Notes under the pieces: generated by a model | Database searches by the model: none | What the model was told of the DNA's origin: nothing | What the model saw: only the letters and a program-made list of their open reading frames with translations | NCBI GenBank assembly: GCA_030834185.1 | Contig: JAURFT010000004.1 | Coordinates: 1-62,634, forward strand | Reading direction: 5' to 3' | DNA from: Candidatus Nanopelagicales bacterium | Lineage (GTDB): Bacteria; Actinomycetota; Actinomycetes; S36-B12; UBA5976 | Length of the DNA: 62,634 nt | Shown here: positions 56,105 through 62,634 of the stretch, one piece after another | Layout: each line of letters begins with the position of its first letter | How positions within the stretch are numbered: the stretch's first letter is position 1 | Program-made: the position numbers and the translations under genes

Positions 56105-56671
56105 TCAATTGCTTTGATTTTCCATCAAGATAATGCCGTAACTGTAGCCGCGACGGCGGTAAACCACAGCAGGTTTATTCGATTCAGCTTCTACAAAAAT
56201 ATAAAAATCATGATCAAGTAACTCCATCGCATCAATTGCTTCTTGTCTAGTCATTTTCTTCGCAATATGCGATTTTTCACGCACAATTTGATAATCATCA
56301 ACTACATCTGTTGTATCTTCTTCCTTATCCACACTAATTAACGGCATTTCTTTTAACGATACATGCTTTACATCTTTATTGCGTTCATGAGATTTTCTTA
56401 GTTGCAATTCGAACTTCTCTGCAGCGACATCAAAAGCTGAAATATTGTCACTTCCTGCAGCCTCTGACCTAACCTGAGGGCCAGCACCTTTGCTTGATAA
56501 CTGAATTTTGTGAGCCGCGTTGCCATGTCTTGGATTTTGCTCAACGGCTACTTCAATATCAACCCGATCAATCTTGATTCCAAATCGCTCCATTCGAGCC
56601 ATTCGCTCTTGTACTCGTTTTTTAAATGCATCATTCAGTTGAGCTGATTTGGTGTGGAATTGGATATCCAT
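56105..56671 (-). CDS. hpf: Ribosome hibernation promoting factor (long HPF)
   Basis: S30AE domain plus C-terminal MT..EAIDAMELLDHDFYIF...VVYRR.GYSYG. Confidence 0.92.
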   Translation of the reverse strand: MDIQFHTKSAQLNDAFKKRVQERMARMERFGIKIDRVDIEVAVEQNPRHGNAAHKIQLSSKGAGPQVRSEAAGSDNISAFDVAAEKFELQLRKSHERNKDVKHVSLKEMPLISVDKEEDTTDVVDDYQIVREKSHIAKKMTRQEAIDAMELLDHDFYIFVEAESNKPAVVYRRRGYSYGIILMENQSN

Positions 56672-56821
56672 AATTGCCCCCTAGAACTTATTTAGGTTGA
56701 CCCTAACTTACTCCTGTGCAGCCATGCTGTCACTTCTGAATAGAACCAGTAAAACGTATGTGAGTGGGGCAACTAAGACGCACAGGAAATAATGCATTGG
56801 GCATGACGAAAAAAGTCAACA

Positions 56822-58489
56822 TTAGGGGAAAGTTATAGCCTGAGCTGTACCAACCTGACTCCACATGCCTTTACTGCGAAACCAGATCTCTCCACTGCTA
56901 TTAATCACCGCTATGGATTGATTTGCATTTGCCACTAAACTCTTTGTTTCAGCTGGCAGGCGCAAGATAGTTTGTTCAGCTGTTGCAATATCTATAATTA
57001 ATGCAACTAAATCTTGCTGTGTTGGAAAGTTAACCAATAAAACCACTTGGGTTGGTGAATACCAATTCAAGTCTAAGACTTCGCCATTAATAGAAATCAA
57101 TTTTTGAATTCTTGCAAATTTGATCTCAGAACTAGCACGCTTGACTCGCCCAATAAGAAGACTTGATAGTGCACCAGCCTGGGCAACTAACGCGACTCTA
57201 ACATTGTCTGGGGCTACCATCGCATGGTTTAGAACATTGCCTTGAGGCAATTGAATTTGAGCTGGCAGTAAATTTGATCCATCAAAACCATATACATTTC
57301 TATTAGATCGATTCAAGAACCATAATGTTCCTGAAGCATCAAAATTTAAATCACTCAGATTTGCAACTCGAGCAACTAGGTTTGGATTTTGTAAGCGGTC
57401 TCCCAGATAAAGTTCAGATGAGTTGGGCAGATACCCCGCAAGCTGAGCTTCATTTGGTGAAATTGCTAAGCTGCTTGGGTTGGTAAATCGAACTAGCCAA
57501 GAATCAAGATTCTCATTCTCAAGCGGCTTATTCAATACCCCATCCGCGCTTAAGGCATAAAGCTTCACCTCGTTGTCAATTACCTGACCTAGCCAGCTCC
57601 CAGTTGTTAAATCAAGGGGATTTTTTACTCCTTGAATATTGAGCAATTGTCCACCTGTAGTAATTCGTAATCCAGTTAAATTGTCTACCTGCTTTAAGGT
57701 CTGAGCCATCTGGCTAATTAGCAAAACCCGCTGTTGATTAGTCATTCTTAAAATTTCAGCATCAAAATCTACTGTTACTGAATCCCCAATCCGCTGCGTA
57801 GTTGCCAGGCCACTTAAAAATTCAGGATCAAACATATTCACAATAGCTGGCTTGAGCCAGGTGCTACTGCCAGCAAATAAAGCTCTAATAAGCTGCGGGG
57901 CTAAATCACTTTGCTTTGCTACCACTAGAAAATCAGGAACCAACTGGGATTTGGATTCATCAAAAAACCACAGATTTGTAACCGCGTAATTACGTTGAAA
58001 AGCAAAACTTGACATCACAATACTACCTGGCGGGTTAGTAATACGCCATTCACCATTTTCTTTAACAAAATTTAACTCAAATGATTTCAGATCTGTTTGA
58101 GTTGGTAATTTTGGTCGACGTTGCTGATCAACTACTAAGCTTGGCACTCCTTGTGCTGCAACTACCGTTTCACTCACTTCTTTCAAGCTCAAAGATGTTT
58201 CAAATACTTGAATTTCTGCACTAGGTATCCATTCAAAGGCTAAAAAGCTTGCGAGATATGCTCTGGCGATTGAAAAATCGCCAATTGTGTTCTCGTTTGC
58301 AGCTAAAAAGCCAGCGGCAATCTCCAATTTAGTCATGCCAATGGTTGGACGCTTGGGAGAATCGCTGATTAAAGAGGTTCGCTCTACTTTTCCAATATCC
58401 AAACCATTATTTACCGGGCCAGTTATTGGCACAAAACTGCAACTAGAGATTAGCAACATGATTAGCAGCGCTACAAGATATTTTTTCAT
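56822..58489 (-). CDS. lpqB: Lipoprotein LpqB
   Basis: LISSC lipobox, GEWRITNPP, LVPD, APDNVRVA beta-propeller; follows mtrB. Confidence 0.88.
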   Translation of the reverse strand: MKKYLVALLIMLLISSCSFVPITGPVNNGLDIGKVERTSLISDSPKRPTIGMTKLEIAAGFLAANENTIGDFSIARAYLASFLAFEWIPSAEIQVFETSLSLKEVSETVVAAQGVPSLVVDQQRRPKLPTQTDLKSFELNFVKENGEWRITNPPGSIVMSSFAFQRNYAVTNLWFFDESKSQLVPDFLVVAKQSDLAPQLIRALFAGSSTWLKPAIVNMFDPEFLSGLATTQRIGDSVTVDFDAEILRMTNQQRVLLISQMAQTLKQVDNLTGLRITTGGQLLNIQGVKNPLDLTTGSWLGQVIDNEVKLYALSADGVLNKPLENENLDSWLVRFTNPSSLAISPNEAQLAGYLPNSSELYLGDRLQNPNLVARVANLSDLNFDASGTLWFLNRSNRNVYGFDGSNLLPAQIQLPQGNVLNHAMVAPDNVRVALVAQAGALSSLLIGRVKRASSEIKFARIQKLISINGEVLDLNWYSPTQVVLLVNFPTQQDLVALIIDIATAEQTILRLPAETKSLVANANQSIAVINSSGEIWFRSKGMWSQVGTAQAITFP

Positions 58490-59979
58490 GTCAGATTAAT
58501 CTTGCTAACAATTGGCAGTCGAATTGCAAAAACTACTCCGCTTGAATCTGGGTTATCTGTCACGCTAATTACTCCGTTGTGTTGCTTCACATCCTCAAGC
58601 GCAATTGATAATCCCAAACCAGAACCACTGTTATCACGAGCACGCGCTGGATCTGCTCGCCAGAATCGTTGAAATACTTGTATTTTTTGCTCATCAGTTA
58701 GCCCAATGCCAAAATCAGCAACTAGTACTTCACAAAAGCCATCATCAGATTTCATTGAAATATCAATCTGAGTTGATCCAGCGTGAGTTATAGCATTTAC
58801 AATCAAGTTTCTAAGAGCACGTTCAATTCGTCGACTATCGCATTCCACTATTAAATCTGCTGTTTTAGTTTCTAGCCCAATTTGCACACCCGCTGCTTTG
58901 GCTAGCGGACTTGTGGAATCTAAAACTCGTTGCACAATATCAACGATTTTGTGCTGAGCTAATTGTAATTGTGTAGCGCCAGCATCGATACGGCTGATTT
59001 CAAGTAGATCAGCCAGCATCACCTCAAAGCGATCCAGCTCTCCTTGTAATAACTCAGCAGCCCTTGCAACGTCTGGCGGAAATTGGTCACGTTTGGCGTG
59101 TAACAAATCCGCAGCTAGCCGAACAGTGGTAACTGGGGTTCTTAGTTCATGGCTGACATCTGAAACGAAGCGTTGTTGCACTACAGATAACTCTTTAAGT
59201 CGCAGAATCTGCTTTTCAAGCGAATCAGTCATCGAATTAAATGACTGCGCCCACCTTGCAACTTCATCTTCGCCGCGAACAATTAATCGTTGATCCAATA
59301 ATCCTGTTGCAATCTTTTGCGCAGTATCAGCGGCTTGTCGAATTGGCTCAGTAATTCTTCTGGTTAAGAGATATACTACAAAGATTAAACTAACAATTAA
59401 CAATACTGCGATAAATAAAATTGCCGATAGAACAACATCAAGTAATTCTTGCTGCTGAAGTGTTGGGTAGAGCAAAAAAAGACCATATTGCTGTTGCTCA
59501 GAAATTATTATTGGAGCACCAATGACAATTGCTGCAGTTGTTGTGCTGTCTACATAATTAATCTGCCCAAAAGACCATTGCTGATTATTTTCAGCAAATA
59601 TCTTCACCAATAGTTCAGCAGAAACCGAGCTAGTTAGCACTGCATTGGTTGAGCGCTCTGGGCCGCCACCATTTGAGAGTAATAAAACTTCATACGTTGC
59701 CGGTTCACCAGATCTTCGAGCTAGCGTTGCAACAATTGAGTCAACTACAGTTGCCGTATCAATAACGCTAGGTCCAAAAGAATCAACTACATCTCGTGCA
59801 AACTCCAACCCAACTACCGCATCTACTAAAGAGTCATTTACCTTGGCGTTAATTACGCCATTTTGCACTTGATTGAGCAGCAAACTTGAAGCTCCAATAA
59901 CGATACCAAAAATTAAAATACTGGTACTTATCAGCACTCGCAACGAAAGCGATTTACGCCATCGAGCTAGTGGACTCAT
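58486..59979 (-). CDS. mtrB: Sensor histidine kinase MtrB
   Basis: QQRFVSDVSHELRTP, RFWRADPARAR, GSGLGL. Confidence 0.93.
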   Translation of the reverse strand: MSPLARWRKSLSLRVLISTSILIFGIVIGASSLLLNQVQNGVINAKVNDSLVDAVVGLEFARDVVDSFGPSVIDTATVVDSIVATLARRSGEPATYEVLLLSNGGGPERSTNAVLTSSVSAELLVKIFAENNQQWSFGQINYVDSTTTAAIVIGAPIIISEQQQYGLFLLYPTLQQQELLDVVLSAILFIAVLLIVSLIFVVYLLTRRITEPIRQAADTAQKIATGLLDQRLIVRGEDEVARWAQSFNSMTDSLEKQILRLKELSVVQQRFVSDVSHELRTPVTTVRLAADLLHAKRDQFPPDVARAAELLQGELDRFEVMLADLLEISRIDAGATQLQLAQHKIVDIVQRVLDSTSPLAKAAGVQIGLETKTADLIVECDSRRIERALRNLIVNAITHAGSTQIDISMKSDDGFCEVLVADFGIGLTDEQKIQVFQRFWRADPARARDNSGSGLGLSIALEDVKQHNGVISVTDNPDSSGVVFAIRLPIVSKINLT

Positions 59980-60656
59980 GCAACGCTCGCCTTATATCCA
60001 ACTCCCCTGACGGTGAGCACAATGGTTGGATTCTCTGGATCCTCTTCGATTTTGGCCCGTAATCGCTGCACGTGAACGTTAACTAGTCTTGTGTCAGCTG
60101 GATGACGGTATCCCCAGACTTCTTGCAACAAGACTTCCCTGGTAAATACTTGACCTGGTTTTTTAATCAAGCAAACTAACAAATCAAACTCAAGCGGAGT
60201 TAATTGAATCGCCCGACCGTTTTTATTCACAGTATGGCCATTAACATCAATTATTAATTCGCCAAAAGTTAAGGCACTTAAATCTTTTGGCGATTCTCGA
60301 CGGGCGCGAGCTCGCAGCCTTGCTACAAGCTCACGAGGCTTAAATGGTTTGACAATGTAATCGTCAGCGCCAGCTTCTAACCCAAGCACAACATCTGAGG
60401 TATCCCCTCGCGCTGTTAACATAATGATTGGCGTTCCTGATTCAGCCCTAATCTCTCGACAAATTTCTACGCCATCTTTCCCTGGCAGCATGACATCTAA
60501 AAGTACGAGATCTGGCTTATGACTGCGAAACGAGCTCATTGCTGAAGCGCCATCTAGACAAAACAGCGGCTCGAATCCTTCCGCCCGCAGCACAATTCCC
60601 AACATCTCGGCCAGCGCTGAATCATCGTCAACCACCAGCACACGCACTACGCTCAT
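59976..60656 (-). CDS. mtrA: Response regulator MtrA
   Basis: VDDDSALAEMLGIVL, VWGYRHPADTRLVNVHVQRLRAKIE; start at ATG 60656. Confidence 0.96.
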   Translation of the reverse strand: MSVVRVLVVDDDSALAEMLGIVLRAEGFEPLFCLDGASAMSSFRSHKPDLVLLDVMLPGKDGVEICREIRAESGTPIIMLTARGDTSDVVLGLEAGADDYIVKPFKPRELVARLRARARRESPKDLSALTFGELIIDVNGHTVNKNGRAIQLTPLEFDLLVCLIKKPGQVFTREVLLQEVWGYRHPADTRLVNVHVQRLRAKIEEDPENPTIVLTVRGVGYKASVA

Positions 60657-60720
60657 GGGGGTAATGGTGTCACCTCCTGTTTCAGATCCGCCAGCACAGC
60701 CCCTAAGGAGCAAAGACTAA

Positions 60721-61695
60721 ATGGCAGAGCCAAGTAATGAACAGCCTTTTCCTGGATCAATTCCATTTCGAGAACTAGTTATTGGCGATATCTTCGCCGG
60801 CTTAGGTCGAACCGTTCGGATGACCTGGCGGGTATTAATTGCAGTTGGAGCGGTCGTTGGACTAATCGCTGGCTTGCTCTCGTTAGTTATCACTTTTGTA
60901 TCAGCCCTATTGGGGCTAGATGAAGTTGAGCAGGCAATTACAGATTCAACTATTGGAGCAACCAGCTCTGCTGACTTAACCCAAGCCTTAGTACAGCTCA
61001 ATGATGACATTTCCACGCTACTGCTGGGCTTTGCGTTAGCGCTAATCTCCGCGCTGATCATGCAGGTCATCGCTGCTGGTGTAATAACGCATATTGCCGC
61101 AGATGCAGTTTTAGGTAGAAAGATTTCTGGCACTGATGCTTGGGAGCGAATTAAGCCGCGCGTATTTGGATTAATTGGGTTAGCGCTAGCTGTATTTGGA
61201 CTTGCTATCGCAGCTGCTGCAATTGCGGTGATTCCAATTTTAGTGCTTGCGCCTTTTTCTTCTGGAGTTAGTTCAGGAATTTTAATTACTGGATTATTGG
61301 TTGGATTAATTATGGCGATTGTAGTAAGTATCAGATTAAGTTTGGCAGCTCCAATTTATGTTTTAGAGCACACCACAATTAGTAAAGCTATTGCAAGATC
61401 AAACCAATTAGTCAAAGGCAGCAGCTGGCGAATTTTTGGTTATCTGGTGCTCAGCTCAATTATTGCCCAATTCATCGGTGGCATCTTCTCGCTACCAACT
61501 CAAACTGCAGCAGTAGCCGCCGCTACAAATGATCCAACCTCAAGCACCGCGACCTTTTTTGAGAGCATCTCAACTGTTATCTCAACAGCAGTTGCGCTAC
61601 CAATTACTGCCATAGTTCTAACGCTGCTATACACAGATCTTCGGATCCGAAAAGAAGATTTCGCGCAAGAACTAAGGCGAGCAAGCGAGAATTAG
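60721..61695 (+). CDS. Integral membrane protein (glycerophosphodiesterase membrane-domain-like)
   Basis: [34 protein letters not shown]. Confidence 0.75.
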   Translation: MAEPSNEQPFPGSIPFRELVIGDIFAGLGRTVRMTWRVLIAVGAVVGLIAGLLSLVITFVSALLGLDEVEQAITDSTIGATSSADLTQALVQLNDDISTLLLGFALALISALIMQVIAAGVITHIAADAVLGRKISGTDAWERIKPRVFGLIGLALAVFGLAIAAAAIAVIPILVLAPFSSGVSSGILITGLLVGLIMAIVVSIRLSLAAPIYVLEHTTISKAIARSNQLVKGSSWRIFGYLVLSSIIAQFIGGIFSLPTQTAAVAAATNDPTSSTATFFESISTVISTAVALPITAIVLTLLYTDLRIRKEDFAQELRRASEN

Positions 61696-62634
61696 TAGCG
61701 GTAGTGATCTGGTTTGTATGGACCTGACTCAGCTACACCCATATAAGCTGCTTGATCAGTTGTTAGCTCAGTAAGCGTTACGCCCAGAGCTGGCAGATGC
61801 AATCTGGCAACTTTCTCATCTAAGAACTTTGGCAGGGTGTAAACGCCAACTGGGTAGGCGCTGGTGTTGCCATAAAGTTCAATTTGAGCCAACACCTGGT
61901 TGGTAAATGAAGTGGACATCACAAATGATGGATGCCCGGTGGCATTACCTAGGTTAAGCAATCTACCTTCAGAGAGCACAATTATTGATTTGTGGTCTGG
62001 GAAAATCCATTCATCAACTTGTGGCTTGATGTTATTTCGAACCACACCTTTAACTTGAGCTAGACCAGCCATATCAATTTCATTATCAAAATGCCCGATG
62101 TTTCCTAAAATCGCTTGATGACGCATTTTGCGCATATGCTCAACAGTTACAACATTTTTGCAACCAGTTGCTGTAATCACAATGTCGGCATCGCTAATAA
62201 CTTCGTCTAGCGCTTTAACAGTGTATCCATCCATTGCAGCTTGCAAGGCGCAAATTGGATCAATCTCAGTGACCACAACTCGAGCGCCTTGGCCACGAAG
62301 TGATTCAGCAGAGCCCTTGCCAACATCGCCATAGCCGCAGATAACTGCAAGTTTGCCAGCAATCAAAACATCGGTAGCGCGGTTAATGCCATCAATTAAA
62401 GAGTGGCGGCAGCCGTACTTGTTGTCAAACTTACTTTTTGTGACAGCATCATTTACGTTGATCGCTGGAAATAGCAGTTTTTGCGCAGTAGCCATTTCAT
62501 ACAACCGATGAACACCAGTTGTTGTCTCTTCAGTTACGCCTTTAATGTCAGCGGCAATTCTGGTCCAGCGCTGCTTATCAGCGACTAATGATGCAGCTAA
62601 GGTTTGCAGCACAACTGCGAACTCTTCAGAATCT
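61692..62634 (-). CDS. ahcY: Adenosylhomocysteinase, 3' part only
   Basis: [49 protein letters not shown]. Confidence 0.97.
   Translation of the reverse strand, partial: DSEEFAVVLQTLAASLVADKQRWTRIAADIKGVTEETTTGVHRLYEMATAQKLLFPAINVNDAVTKSKFDNKYGCRHSLIDGINRATDVLIAGKLAVICGYGDVGKGSAESLRGQGARVVVTEIDPICALQAAMDGYTVKALDEVISDADIVITATGCKNVVTVEHMRKMRHQAILGNIGHFDNEIDMAGLAQVKGVVRNNIKPQVDEWIFPDHKSIIVLSEGRLLNLGNATGHPSFVMSTSFTNQVLAQIELYGNTSAYPVGVYTLPKFLDEKVARLHLPALGVTLTELTTDQAAYMGVAESGPYKPDHYRY

Noticed and set aside
1-62634. CRISPR array, integrase, transposase, prophage or anti-phage defence genes
   Set aside because: No regularly spaced repeats or relevant protein motifs seen; the tRNA-Leu 3' end was not seen duplicated.

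Overview
Chromosomal window from an actinobacterium, inferred from the mtrA-mtrB-lpqB-hpf block, ahcY and a Nur-type operator. Tight gene packing, overlapping stops and apparently leaderless genes suggest a streamlined, freshwater-type lineage, but this is not verified. Three parts: (i) 1-2.5 kb, a partial secreted protein, a Pcs-like enzyme and small genes; (ii) about 2.8-39.9 kb, a 34-gene catabolic region with no regulator gene, no integrase and no recognisable oxygenase. It holds six Amidohydro_2 paralogues, two PaaK-like CoA ligases, three isochorismatase domains, PuuE-like and allantoinase-like hydrolases, a cyclase, a racemase, CaiB/CitE/PrpD enzymes, two flavoenzymes, and Opp-type and TauABC-type ABC importers; (iii) 39.9-62.6 kb, housekeeping genes (transporters, a protease, DD-carboxypeptidase, psuG/psuK, tspO, copC, nikMNQO-type ECF transporter, tRNA-Leu, hpf, lpqB, mtrBA, partial ahcY). 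Main signals: a shared AGxxC-x15/16-CK...W module on three unrelated secreted proteins, including both solute-binding proteins, which lack a lipobox; perfect 17-bp and 14-bp hairpins in the first codons of the gene following each binding-protein gene; a repeated isochorismatase + CoA ligase + amidohydrolase module; a perfect Nur box; a perfect CRP-type box. All assignments come from motif recognition by eye; no searches were run.
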